From Bacteroidota bacterium (GTDB taxonomy: Bacteria > Bacteroidota > Bacteroidia > 2-12-FULL-35-15): a stretch of 64,000 nt of DNA. Under the pieces are notes generated by a model, which ran no database searches, was not told the DNA's origin, and saw only the letters and a program-made list of their open reading frames with translations. The stretch lies in the NCBI GenBank assembly GCA_947479085.1, contig CANJYB010000007.1, forward strand, positions 72,432 to 136,431, given 5' to 3'. Below are positions 49,518 through 59,138 of this stretch, piece after piece (the first letter of the stretch is position 1; each line of letters starts with the position of its first letter). The position numbers were made by a program, and so were the translations under genes.

Positions 49518-50288
49518 ATGACTTTTAAAAACACAAGCATTGCCTTTCTTATTTCAATAGGTCTGATATGTTTGTTCCATTTTCTTGCGGGTATCAGTTT
49601 ATGGTGGATGCTTGTTCCTTTTTTTATTTATAACGTTTTGCTTGTCATCGGTTCTGCGAACATACAATCAGATTTTCATATTAAGGCACTTTGTCATGGA
49701 GATACGAATAAGAAACAAATCGCAATAACTTTTGATGATGGCCCGAACAGAGAATACACTCCAAAAGTATTATCCCTGCTTGAACAATATGATGCAAAAG
49801 CCACCTTTTTTGTAATAGGGAAAAATATCATTGGGAACGAAGAAATACTAAAACGTATGGATGTTGCAGGGCATATAATAGGTAATCATACCTTTAGCCA
49901 TTCTTTTTTTATTGATTTTAAAAATGCAAACGGTTTTAAAGACGAGTTGAATGCAACTGCTGATTCAGTATTTAAGGTTACCGGAAAAAGAATGAAACTG
50001 TTTCGTCCTCCTTATGGTGTCACCACTCCTCATCTTGCAAGAGCGGCTAAAGAGTTAAATTACCAAGTAATTGGTTGGAATGTCCGTTCGCTGGATACTA
50101 CCAATGACAGTAAAGACAAAATAACATCCAGGGTACTTGAACAACTGAAACCGGGAGCTATTGTACTGTTTCATGATACTTCAGAGAAAACACTGAACGT
50201 TTTGAAACAAACACTTGAATCGGCAGGACAAAGTGGCTTCAAAATTGTAATGATGGACCAGTTATTAAGCACAACGAATTACGAATAA
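49518..50288 (+). CDS. polysaccharide deacetylase (NodB homology domain) with N-terminal TM anchor
   Basis: 256 aa; …ITFDDGPNREYTPKVL…ATFFVIGKN…HTFSH… NodB motifs. Confidence 0.8.
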   Translation: MTFKNTSIAFLISIGLICLFHFLAGISLWWMLVPFFIYNVLLVIGSANIQSDFHIKALCHGDTNKKQIAITFDDGPNREYTPKVLSLLEQYDAKATFFVIGKNIIGNEEILKRMDVAGHIIGNHTFSHSFFIDFKNANGFKDELNATADSVFKVTGKRMKLFRPPYGVTTPHLARAAKELNYQVIGWNVRSLDTTNDSKDKITSRVLEQLKPGAIVLFHDTSEKTLNVLKQTLESAGQSGFKIVMMDQLLSTTNYE

Positions 50289-50316
50289 AATCGTTTACAA
50301 AATAGATTATTACAAA

Positions 50317-50952
50317 ATGAAAAAACAGTTTCTCTTATTAGCTTTAATGATTCCATTCGTTTTATTTGCGCAGGTGCCAAAAGGTTTTACCTCAGTAAAA
50401 GATACCTTAGCTTTTAAACAAAAAATGGAAACCCAATCGAAACTGGTCAATTCCATTGAAAGCGATTTCACACAAGAAAAGTATTTAAGTGTTATGTCCG
50501 AAAACATTGTTAGTAAAGGACATTTTTATTTTAAAAAGGTAAACATGCTTCGCTGGGAATACAATAATCCATACAAGTATTTGATTGCTATTAACAAAGA
50601 CAAGATGTATATTAAAGACAATGGAAAAGTCAGCAAATACGATATTAACTCCAATAAGATGTTTAAGAGCATTAACGAAATGATGGTGAATACGGTGCAA
50701 GGCAATTTATTAAACAACAAAGATTATAAGGCAAAGTATTATGAAAATGATAAACAATATTTACTGGAACTTTCGCCCTTGCAGAAAGGAGCAAAGGATT
50801 TCCTGAAAGTTATCCAGTTGTATATTGACAAGTCAGATTATTCAGTTATAAAGGTTAAGATGATAGAGCCCAGCGATGATTATACAAGCATAGATTTTAT
50901 CAACCGGAAAAATAATCAGCCCATAAGTGATGAAACATTTATTATTAAGTAG
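50317..50952 (+). CDS. LolA-like outer-membrane lipoprotein carrier protein
   Basis: 211 aa with signal peptide; LolA-like size and position as in aryl-polyene clusters. Confidence 0.6.
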   Translation: MKKQFLLLALMIPFVLFAQVPKGFTSVKDTLAFKQKMETQSKLVNSIESDFTQEKYLSVMSENIVSKGHFYFKKVNMLRWEYNNPYKYLIAINKDKMYIKDNGKVSKYDINSNKMFKSINEMMVNTVQGNLLNNKDYKAKYYENDKQYLLELSPLQKGAKDFLKVIQLYIDKSDYSVIKVKMIEPSDDYTSIDFINRKNNQPISDETFIIK

Positions 50953-51559
50953 CCTATTAGTTTTACTTCTTGGTGGCTGTACTCTTTGTCATTACGACCG
51001 ATTGAAGGAAGTAGTTTCTAATTCTCCGGCTCCTAAACCAATTTTTGGTGACAATTTTAATTCCTTTCTTTTTAAAACAAATATTTCTATTTATGGTAAA
51101 GAGGTGAGTGGATTGCTGGTAACCAAACAAATGGCACCTGCGGATTACCGGGTTATTTTCACTACTGAATTAGGTTTGAAATTATTTGACTTCGAATTTA
51201 AAGATACCTCCTTTACCCTTCATTATTGTGTTCCCCAGTTTAACCGACCTAAATTATTGAAGACCATACAACAGGATATTGAAATATTACTGATGAGTAA
51301 CCTGGATGGGAAACCATTGAAAAATATGGAAGATAAAAAGGGCTTGTTTACTGTTCAGCAGATTAAAATGGGAAATTTTCAGAATTATTATTTTACCGAA
51401 AAAGCAAGTCATCATATCGTTAAAATTGAACATTCAAAAAAGCGGGCTGTTAAAGTACTGATGGAACTAAGCGAATACAAAGACGATTTTCCTAATAAGG
51501 TTTTTATTCTACACAGCGATATTAATTTGCATATAGAATTACATTTACTTAAGAAATAA
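50927..51559 (+). CDS. hypothetical lipoprotein, possibly LolB-like (DUF3261-type)
   Basis: 210 aa; lipobox LLGGCTLC; overlaps the LolA-like gene by 26 nt. Confidence 0.45.
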   Translation: MMKHLLLSSLLVLLLGGCTLCHYDRLKEVVSNSPAPKPIFGDNFNSFLFKTNISIYGKEVSGLLVTKQMAPADYRVIFTTELGLKLFDFEFKDTSFTLHYCVPQFNRPKLLKTIQQDIEILLMSNLDGKPLKNMEDKKGLFTVQQIKMGNFQNYYFTEKASHHIVKIEHSKKRAVKVLMELSEYKDDFPNKVFILHSDINLHIELHLLKK

Positions 51560-51685
51560 GGAAGTTCCGAACCATTATTTGTTATCGTTGGGTTAATTAA
51601 CATTACCTTTGAAAGAATTGAAATAGTAAAAAGACTTCGTTTTTCTTATCATTCCTTTTTTTCCTCATCTTCATAATCTATATTT

Positions 51686-52117
51686 ATGCAAAAAGTTTCA
51701 GATCAAACCAATAAAATAAATGCGCCCGAATCTGTCTATTTATATATTAAACTATCTCAGTTGCCTTTTTCAGGTAATGGACTACATACTGCTATCGATA
51801 TTTACAGGGAAGAAATTATTTCTGTTTTTAAAGGTGAAAAGTTAACTGCTCATCAGGCTGCATTAAGGGCAAAGAAAGGAAACGACAAGTACTTTATTAA
51901 AATGATGGATGGAAGCATTTTTGATTCGATGAAAGTAAAGTGTTTTGCAAAGTATGCCAATGATGCCGGAGGCTTTGCGGGTGCCGATTTTAAAAACAAT
52001 GCTAAAATTGCATTGGATGATGATAACAATGTAGCTATTGTGGCTACCCGGAAAATAAAAACAGGAGAAGAAATTTTTTGTAGCTATGGAAGAAAATACT
52101 GGGTAAAACATGGATAA
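51686..52117 (+). CDS. SET-domain protein (putative protein-lysine methyltransferase), paralog 1
   Basis: 143 aa; …GNGLHTAIDIYREEIISVFKGEK…, …KYANDAGG…, …ATRKIKTGEEIFCSYGRKYW… match the SET core and post-SET-like tail. Confidence 0.7.
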   Translation: MQKVSDQTNKINAPESVYLYIKLSQLPFSGNGLHTAIDIYREEIISVFKGEKLTAHQAALRAKKGNDKYFIKMMDGSIFDSMKVKCFAKYANDAGGFAGADFKNNAKIALDDDNNVAIVATRKIKTGEEIFCSYGRKYWVKHG

Positions 52118-52219
52118 GATTTTCAGATTAAAACTTCGCAAATATTATATATAGAAATCACTACTAACCGAATAAAAAAAGGTGTTTGGGCTAAAGCCCT
52201 TATTGGGTATGGTTTCATT

Positions 52220-52243
52220 AACCCCAGCCTTAAGGCTGGGGTT
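52220..52243. repeat. perfect GC-rich palindrome AACCCCAGCC-ttaa-GGCTGGGGTT
   Basis: Seen directly in an intergenic region. Confidence 0.6.
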
Positions 52244-52378
52244 ACTAAATAAAACTGCCTCCATTTCAGGACTTTAGTCCCCTTAGTTAAAATATATTTC
52301 TATAGTTTGTCCAATTTTGAAAGTTCAATCGTTATAACGGTATAAATCAAATCGTATTAACCTTTAAATTCTAAAAAA

Positions 52379-52753
52379 ATGACAACAACAAGTAAAACAA
52401 TGACTACTCAGGAAGTCGCAAACAGATTAGTGGAAATGTGCCGTAAAGGCCAGATTCTTGAAGCACAACAGGAACTTTTTTCGGAAGATGTAACAAGTAC
52501 AGAACCCGTTTACTCTCCATTTCCGGCTGCCACAGGAAAAACAGCAGTTTTGGAAAAAGGAAAACAATTTGCTGCAATGATTGAGGTAAATCACAGTACT
52601 TATTTTTCTGACCCGATTGTAGGTAGAAATTTCTTCAGTATCGTTTGCATACTGGATGCCACTATGAAAGGGCAGGGGAGGATGAAAATGGAAGAAATTT
52701 GTGTGTTCGGTGTAAAAGACGGACAGGTTTGTTCTGAGCAGTTTTTCTATTAA
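52379..52753 (+). CDS. NTF2-like/SnoaL-like family protein
   Basis: 124 aa; small alpha+beta barrel pattern. Assignment is tentative. Confidence 0.5.
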   Translation: MTTTSKTMTTQEVANRLVEMCRKGQILEAQQELFSEDVTSTEPVYSPFPAATGKTAVLEKGKQFAAMIEVNHSTYFSDPIVGRNFFSIVCILDATMKGQGRMKMEEICVFGVKDGQVCSEQFFY

Positions 52754-52775
52754 TTTTATTTAATAGAAAAGATAA

Positions 52776-52810
52776 AAAACTCCTTATATAACTATATAAG
52801 GAGTTTTTTT
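52776..52810. terminator. bidirectional rho-independent terminator
   Basis: AAAAAACTCCTTATATAacTATATAAGGAGTTTTTTTAT. Confidence 0.75.
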
Positions 52811-52868
52811 ATACTTCTCAAAAAATTCGTCTTTAATATTCTCAATAATTTAAACCTGTTTTTATAAT

Positions 52869-53756
52869 TTATTTTCTGAGGTATCTTTTTTTTGCAATTT
52901 CGGACGGAGGAACTATACCCGAATATTTATTTGCAAACGCTGCTGTAAATTCGGCCCCGAAAAACATAATCATGGAGGAATACGAAACCCAGAGAAGGAT
53001 TAAAATAATGGACCCTGCAGCACCATAAGTGGAAGCCGGCTGAGCCTTGCCAAAATAAAACGCAAGTGCTGTTTTGCCAAGGGTAAACAAAATGCCTGTA
53101 ACCAATCCACCTAACCATACATGCTTCCATTTTATTTTGGCATCCGGCAAAAACTTAAACATTATTGCAAAGAGAACGGATATAATGGCTAAGGAAAATA
53201 CAATATTAAGAATGTTATAAATAAAAGATAATATTCCTGAATCATCGCTGTTGACAAGGTTCCCCATGGCAGCTATGGCAGTTGAAACGACCAATGATAC
53301 CAACAGCAGGAAGGCAATGGCGAGGATTAACCCAAATGAAAACAGGCGGGCTTTTAGTACCGGCCAGATTCCTTTTTGAGGTACTACTTTTACTTTCCAG
53401 ATGATGTTTAATGTTTTTTGCAATTCCACAAATACCCCTGTGGCACCTACCAGTAATACAATCCCGCCAATTATAGAACCCAGCACAGTAGATTTGGAAT
53501 GATTAAGATTTTCCAGTATTTCTTTTATTTGTTTACCTGTGGCTTCGCCTAATGTTTTTGATACTTCAGTTATTATATTACTATTTACAGTCTCATTTCC
53601 AAAAAAGAACCCAGTGACAGAAATAATAAGCACCAATAAACCCGGGATACTGAATATAGCATAATAAGCAATAACAGCACTTTGCCTGAACGGGTCTTTT
53701 TCATTCCATTCTTTGTAAGCTGATTTAAAAAGGCTACCTATTTCTTTAATTTTCAC
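52869..53756 (-). CDS. YihY/BrkB (virulence factor BrkB / RNase BN-like) family membrane protein
   Basis: 295 aa; …FRQSAVIAYYAIFSIPGLLVL… N-terminus typical of YihY; 6 TM segments. Confidence 0.85.
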   Translation of the reverse strand: MKIKEIGSLFKSAYKEWNEKDPFRQSAVIAYYAIFSIPGLLVLIISVTGFFFGNETVNSNIITEVSKTLGEATGKQIKEILENLNHSKSTVLGSIIGGIVLLVGATGVFVELQKTLNIIWKVKVVPQKGIWPVLKARLFSFGLILAIAFLLLVSLVVSTAIAAMGNLVNSDDSGILSFIYNILNIVFSLAIISVLFAIMFKFLPDAKIKWKHVWLGGLVTGILFTLGKTALAFYFGKAQPASTYGAAGSIILILLWVSYSSMIMFFGAEFTAAFANKYSGIVPPSEIAKKRYLRK

Positions 53757-53893
53757 ACCTCAAAATTCCAATTTTATGAGGGATTAATTATTGTAAAATT
53801 TTTAGTTAATGTTACATTATTAATGCTTTTACACTTAGTTAAATTAGAACATAACATCAGTGTGCTAATATCAAGGCACATGTTGAATCAGCG

Positions 53894-54328
53894 GTGGTTT
53901 TAGTATATTTGCCGAATTATAAAATGGCATTAATTATAAAAAAATCACGGTTACCGGGTGCCGGTAAGGGGTTATATACCACCAAAGCTATAGGTAAAGA
54001 TAGTAAAATTATTGAATACCGGGGAGAAATCATTGGGTATAACGAGTACCGCAAGCGTACTAGAAACGAACAGGACCATTACCTGTTCTTTGTAAGGATG
54101 GATAGGAGCATTGACGCTTTGCATACCCCTCAATATAAAGCACGCTATGCAAACGATGCGGCAGGAATTACCCGACTGAAAGGTGTTAAAAACAACAGCG
54201 ATTACATTATATACGGTGACAAGTGTTTTATTGTGGCTTCGCGCGATATAAAAGCAGGGGAAGAAATTTTTGTAAACTATACTAGCTCTTACTGGAGCTA
54301 TATGCGGAAACGCACGAAGAAAAAATAA
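53894..54328 (+). CDS. SET-domain protein, paralog 2
   Basis: 144 aa; …SRLPGAGKGLYTTKAIGKDSKIIEYRGEII…, …RYANDAAG…, …ASRDIKAGEEIFVNYTSSYW…. The start may be the internal ATG (MALIIKK…) at about 53924. Confidence 0.7.
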   Translation: MVLVYLPNYKMALIIKKSRLPGAGKGLYTTKAIGKDSKIIEYRGEIIGYNEYRKRTRNEQDHYLFFVRMDRSIDALHTPQYKARYANDAAGITRLKGVKNNSDYIIYGDKCFIVASRDIKAGEEIFVNYTSSYWSYMRKRTKKK

Positions 54329-54480
54329 TTATACTATAAGTTATATAAATAGTTGTCTTGATATATTTTGTCCTTGTTGGTGTTTTTTGTACAAACGCCT
54401 ATAATTAATTTTTAAGTGAGGGGTACCGCAGACGCTTAAAATTTACGATTCGCATTTTTTTTAATTTCAAATATTTTAAA

Positions 54481-55515
54481 TTATCTGATGCTTTTATTTT
54501 TTAAGTCACTTTCCCGTAACATTTTTAATATTTCTGTTTGGTAACGAAATGTTTTTTTTAGGTCGTCCGTGTCATAAGCTACATTTTCCAAAATAACAAA
54601 GCTTGTTTTGCTTTCAGGGAAATAAAAGTTCGAAGAAACAAAACCTGGTGCAAAACCAGTTTGTCCATATTGCAGGACACCTTCTTTTTTGTCAATGGTA
54701 ATTCCATAACCATAATCTGTCAGTCCAAATATAGGATGTTTTCTTGTCGCTCCTTTCTGTTTGGTTTCCATTAGTTTTAATATTTCGTCTTTTAAAAGTT
54801 TACCACCAAACAGATTTTCATCCCATAAAGTCAAGTCGGTTGCTGTTGAAATAAACGAACCCGCTGCCACATAGTTTTGCAAACTTTCTTTTTCCTCTGT
54901 TACATTTCCTTCAGTATAACCGCTGACTAAATTTTTGTGTTTATGCAGGTCTGGATTAAATGTGTTCTGCATTTTACATTTTTTAAACAGTTCGGTTGAA
55001 AGAGTTGCAAATGATTTTTTAGATGTCCTTTCGATAATGGTTGCTAATAAGTTGTAACCTATTTGCGAATATGCAAATTGAGTTCCAGCTTCAAATGCAA
55101 GTGGTTTGTCACGTTGCATTATTCCGTGAGTATGGGTTAATAATTGATGAATTGTTATTGTATCGGCCCAGCTTTGAGTTAGTTCGGGTAAATAATTGCG
55201 AATAGGAATATCAAGTTTCAGGTGTCCTTTTTCAAATTCCTGAAGCACTAAAACTGCTGTAAACTGTTTACTTATAGAACCAATAACAAACTGGTCGTCT
55301 TGTTTTAATGGTGTTTTATTTTTGAGATTTGAATACCCAAAGGTCTTTGAATATTTCACTTGTCCATTTTGAGAAATTAGAATTGTTCCGTTAAATGGCT
55401 TTGAAGTTTTAGCCGAAATAATAGAATCTATTTTTGATGCAATGTTTGGCTCCTGTCCAAAAGCAAAAGTTGTTTTGAAAATTAGTGTAAAAAAGTAAAT
55501 TACTGGTTTGCTCAT
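54481..55515 (-). CDS. serine hydrolase, beta-lactamase-related (class C/penicillin-binding-like)
   Basis: 344 aa with signal peptide; S-x-x-K active-site motif (…IGSISKQFTAV…). Confidence 0.8.
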   Translation of the reverse strand: MSKPVIYFFTLIFKTTFAFGQEPNIASKIDSIISAKTSKPFNGTILISQNGQVKYSKTFGYSNLKNKTPLKQDDQFVIGSISKQFTAVLVLQEFEKGHLKLDIPIRNYLPELTQSWADTITIHQLLTHTHGIMQRDKPLAFEAGTQFAYSQIGYNLLATIIERTSKKSFATLSTELFKKCKMQNTFNPDLHKHKNLVSGYTEGNVTEEKESLQNYVAAGSFISTATDLTLWDENLFGGKLLKDEILKLMETKQKGATRKHPIFGLTDYGYGITIDKKEGVLQYGQTGFAPGFVSSNFYFPESKTSFVILENVAYDTDDLKKTFRYQTEILKMLRESDLKNKSIR

Positions 55516-55680
55516 AATTGAGAATTGCCTGTTCGCGTGCGTTCGTAAAATATCAGATAGTGGTTTGCTGATTTTTGATAGGCATGCTTTTTAGCACGAA
55601 TGTTTATTCGGAGCACTTCACTTTCTTTATCCACTAAACTGTCTACGGAGCACGAAACTCCGCCTATTGCAAATGCGCTG

Positions 55681-56622
55681 TTAGAGGCTTTCATTTTGAG
55701 TTTTCAAACTTTCGATGAGAATTCTGATGCCCTCTTTGGGTGTTGTTGCCGTAATTCCAAATCGCTTTTCAAATTTAGCGCTATCGAATATATAATCTTG
55801 TTCATTTTGATAAATCATCTCTGGAAACTCTTTCATTATCGGAATAAACAAGCCAAGTATTTTAATCAGCCACACAGGTACCATTTGAATTTTAGCCTCT
55901 ACCTTCAATTCATTTGCAATTAACTGGATCCATTGCTGGTTTGTTAATTTTTCTTTTGTTGTTGGAACATGCCATACTTGATTATATGCATCAGTTGTAT
56001 TTCCAAGTAAGGCAGTTGCCTTAGCGGCATCCGGTGTATATGTATATGTATGAATTTTTTTGATGTCGCCAAATGCCTGTGCCTTTTTCCCTTTCATAAA
56101 ATTATCAGCAACCATCATATTCAGGGCGCTGCTTTTATTGTCAGGGCCATAAAAATCAGCTGATCTGGCAATAAGTGCAGTAAGATTTTTTTTCTCCACT
56201 TCATTCATAATCATTTCGTGCAGTTGTTGTCTTACCTCTCCTTTTTTGCTGGGAGCATGAATAGGTGAAGTTTCGGTCATATGCGGTATTGCCGATTTAT
56301 CATACATATACACATTATCGAAAAAAACAAGTTTAGCATTATGGGCTTTGCACGCATTAATTACCGCTTTCATAAACGAGGGCCATATTTTTTGCCAAAC
56401 ACTTAATTTATATTCGAAACCAATAACAACATAGACTACTTCACTTCCGGCTATAGCTTTGTCAATTTGGGTTAAATCATTTACGTCAATAGGATAAAGC
56501 TCATCGGTCTCGTTTACTTTTTTGGGACTTCTGCTTACCAGTCTAATCTGATTAGTATACTTTTTCAATTCTTTGGCTAATGGTATTCCAATAGCTCCAC
56601 CTGATCCTAATATTGTTTGCAT
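55681..56622 (-). CDS. NAD(P)-dependent epimerase/dehydratase-family (atypical SDR) protein
   Basis: 313 aa; N-terminal Rossmann motif MQTILGSGGAIGIPLAKEL…. Confidence 0.75.
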   Translation of the reverse strand: MQTILGSGGAIGIPLAKELKKYTNQIRLVSRSPKKVNETDELYPIDVNDLTQIDKAIAGSEVVYVVIGFEYKLSVWQKIWPSFMKAVINACKAHNAKLVFFDNVYMYDKSAIPHMTETSPIHAPSKKGEVRQQLHEMIMNEVEKKNLTALIARSADFYGPDNKSSALNMMVADNFMKGKKAQAFGDIKKIHTYTYTPDAAKATALLGNTTDAYNQVWHVPTTKEKLTNQQWIQLIANELKVEAKIQMVPVWLIKILGLFIPIMKEFPEMIYQNEQDYIFDSAKFEKRFGITATTPKEGIRILIESLKTQNESL

Positions 56623-56891
56623 AGTGATTTTTTATTAATTATTTATGGATGACATTTGTGCATGATTGCCTATATCGTTTGAAAGATTTATGAAGTAAAA
56701 AAAGAGGGGGAGGGCCGCACGAGCGGGACGCCTCGCTATAAAAGTAATTAAATGCTTGAAACTTCATACTGGTAGTTCGCCTCCCTTTTTTTTATATTCA
56801 CTTTTGTTTATTTTATTTATGTTCATGATAACGCTGCGCTAAGTTCATAAATTTTATGTTATCTGCTGGCATTCGTTTCTATCGTGAAGTA

Positions 56892-57344
56892 TTATATTAT
56901 TTTCGCAAACCAAGCAAGTAATTCCGCACTTGGCATAAAAAGAATTTGAGCAAATATAGTTCCTATCAGTCTTGCAATGGTCATATACACAATATATTTT
57001 CTGAAAGTTGCTTCTGAACACTTTCCTAATGTAACATCGTCTGTCATTGCTGACAAATGAGGGTCAATAAATGCAAACATTAATATGGTCGCAAACCCGT
57101 TTATAAACGCTGATAGATTACTTGCAGTGGTTCTGTATTCTGGATTCAGGTAGGAAGCGTAAACAGCAGACAAAACACCTATTGTCATTATAGCTACTGC
57201 AAATATGTTCAGGAGAAATATTCGCCAGGGGAAATCTTTGTTAAGTTCTATTTGTGTTATATGTCCTTTTGTAGGTATAGTTATGTTGTCTTTGAAATAC
57301 AATATTCCGGCTTTTGAAAAGCCGTGAAACAGTAGTCTTGACAT
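56892..57344 (-). CDS. hypothetical membrane protein
   Basis: 150 aa with about 3 predicted TM helices; no recognised domain. Confidence 0.4.
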   Translation of the reverse strand: MSRLLFHGFSKAGILYFKDNITIPTKGHITQIELNKDFPWRIFLLNIFAVAIMTIGVLSAVYASYLNPEYRTTASNLSAFINGFATILMFAFIDPHLSAMTDDVTLGKCSEATFRKYIVYMTIARLIGTIFAQILFMPSAELLAWFAKII

Positions 57345-57373
57345 AGATTTATGTGTACTGAAATTAACTACTG

Positions 57374-58065
57374 CTAATAATAAGCACCATCATCACCTGT
57401 TCCCATTCCACTTTGAATATTTGTATTAGCTGGTAAACGAAAATTACCAATGGTCATAAACCGTTCACCTCCATTAGCAATAAAATCACCTGAAATAAGC
57501 ATCCAATTGTTGGTATCATTAAGAATATTTGTGGAGGCATTTTCTATTTGGGGTTGATAATTACTTAACGTATAAAATTGAGCAGTTGTTTGTAATAAAC
57601 TATCCTCCGAAAAATATGCTCCCATATTGCTTATTGAAAAGAGCGATGATCCAGTTAATGACACATAAAATTCTACACAATATTTTCTGTTAGTTACTAA
57701 TGAATCTAATAAAGGCACTTCTATATATTCTCTAGCATTAATAGTGTCAATAACACCATAGAACCCTCCGTATCCATTTCCAGTTCTTGCATTTTGATAG
57801 CCTGCAATATTTAAAGGAACATCACCATAAGCCATTGTACTGCATGTATTAAATAAATCAGTACTTGAACTGTTAGTTGTAGTACCACCAAATTTATTTG
57901 GTTGAAACCAAGGAGGGGCTTTAAAAATATATGCAGGACCAACAAAACAGGACGTGGTGGTTTCAAAGGAATTGTTTGGAACAAGATTTTGGGCTTGAGA
58001 GTGAGAAATAAGAAATAAGAAATAAACAATGCTTTTTTCATGGCAATAGGATTAAAAAAAGGCAA
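57374..58065 (-). pseudogene. frameshifted and truncated paralog of the T9SS cargo family at 58102..59121 and 59667..60662
   Basis: ORF 57811..58065 (MKKALFISYFLFL…) and ORF 57374..57835 (…NIAGYQNARTGNGY…EYIEVPLLDS…RKYCVEFYVSL…) together match the N-terminal two-thirds of the 331 aa paralog but lie in different frames. The sequence stops at …GAYY and lacks the T9SS CTD. Confidence 0.6.
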
Positions 58066-58101
58066 CCGTTTGCACTTATGTGCAAAACGGTTGCTTTTTT
58101 G
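58055..58101. terminator. terminator hairpin between paralogs
   Basis: AAAAAAAGGCAACCGTTTGCACttatgTGCAAAACGGTTGCTTTTTTG. Confidence 0.7.
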
Positions 58102-59121
58102 TTATTTAATAATTACTAATTTATCTGTTTTTATTTTATTACCATCTATATTTATTTCATAAAAATAGATGCCAGCATCTAGTTGACTTGCGTTTATAGT
58201 TGAATTGTTAGCAGAGCCATTAAAACTATTAGAGTCAATTAGTTTACCAGTTACATCAAAAATAGTAAGAACTCCGTTTTGATGTTCCCCTATGTTGTAT
58301 TCCAGCACCATATTCCCATTACTTGGGTTTGGATATAATTTCAAATCAACTTTATTACCTAATTCCCCTACCCCTAAACCGGTGCAATCCACCACACTTA
58401 TATCATCAAAGTAGAAACCCGCACCTAATTGAGCGCCTCCTCCTACGTTTTGTTTTATTGTATTTACATCATTTCTAAAATTACCAATGGTAATAAACCT
58501 TTCTCCTCCTAATGCTAAAAAACTACCGGATATTAATGTCCAGTTGTTTTTATCTGTTATTATATTTGTATCAGGGTTTTCCACCTGTGGTATTACTTGT
58601 ATGGGGGCAAAAGTAGAACTTGAATAGAGTAAACTATCTGTTGAAAAATAGGCACCAAGACTACTTGACCCATACTGGCAAGAATCAAAAAGTGAAACAT
58701 AATAGGTAACGCAATAAGTGTGCCCTGCTATTAGTGGGATTGTTAATGAATCTTCAATATATTCCCTTCTATTGGGTTCAAGATAGGTATAAATGCCAAC
58801 ATAAGCGTTTCCTGTTCTAGGTACTTGGGCTCCGCTGTATGTGTTAGCAGGTACACTAACAAGACCATAAGGTGCACATTGGTTGTAATAATCCGAACTT
58901 GTATAGTTTATTCCGTTAATATAATTCGGTTGAAACCAAGGCGGAGCTAACCATAGACAACCAGGACCTACAGGGCAACTTGTGAAATTTTCAAAACTAC
59001 TATTTGGAACAAGGTTTTGTCCTAATGCAGATGACATTATACTAGATAAAATTGCAAATACAAATATTAATTTTTTCATTTTTTTTAGTGTAAAAAAAGA
59101 ACCCCTTTTGCTTTTTTGCAA
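58102..59121 (-). CDS. T9SS-secreted hypothetical protein, paralog B-prime (T9SS type-A CTD)
   Basis: 339 aa (true start probably MKKLIFVFAILSS at about 59079). Shares …NLVPNSSFENFT(S/T)CP…APPWFQPN…EYIE…C(V)…YVSL…LISG(S/N)F…GGE(R/K)F(I/M)TIGNF… with the gene at 59667..60662. CTD: …LKLYPNPSNGNMVLEY…AGIYFYEINIDGNKIKTDKLVIIK. Confidence 0.75.
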   Translation of the reverse strand: MQKSKRGSFFTLKKMKKLIFVFAILSSIMSSALGQNLVPNSSFENFTSCPVGPGCLWLAPPWFQPNYINGINYTSSDYYNQCAPYGLVSVPANTYSGAQVPRTGNAYVGIYTYLEPNRREYIEDSLTIPLIAGHTYCVTYYVSLFDSCQYGSSSLGAYFSTDSLLYSSSTFAPIQVIPQVENPDTNIITDKNNWTLISGSFLALGGERFITIGNFRNDVNTIKQNVGGGAQLGAGFYFDDISVVDCTGLGVGELGNKVDLKLYPNPSNGNMVLEYNIGEHQNGVLTIFDVTGKLIDSNSFNGSANNSTINASQLDAGIYFYEINIDGNKIKTDKLVIIK

Positions 59122-59137
59122 AAGGGTTTCTTTTTTG
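59094..59137. terminator. terminator hairpin between paralogs
   Basis: GAACCCCTTTTGCttttttGCAAAAGGGTTTCTTTTTTG; a related copy lies at 60644..60686. Confidence 0.7.
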
Positions 59138-59138
59138 A

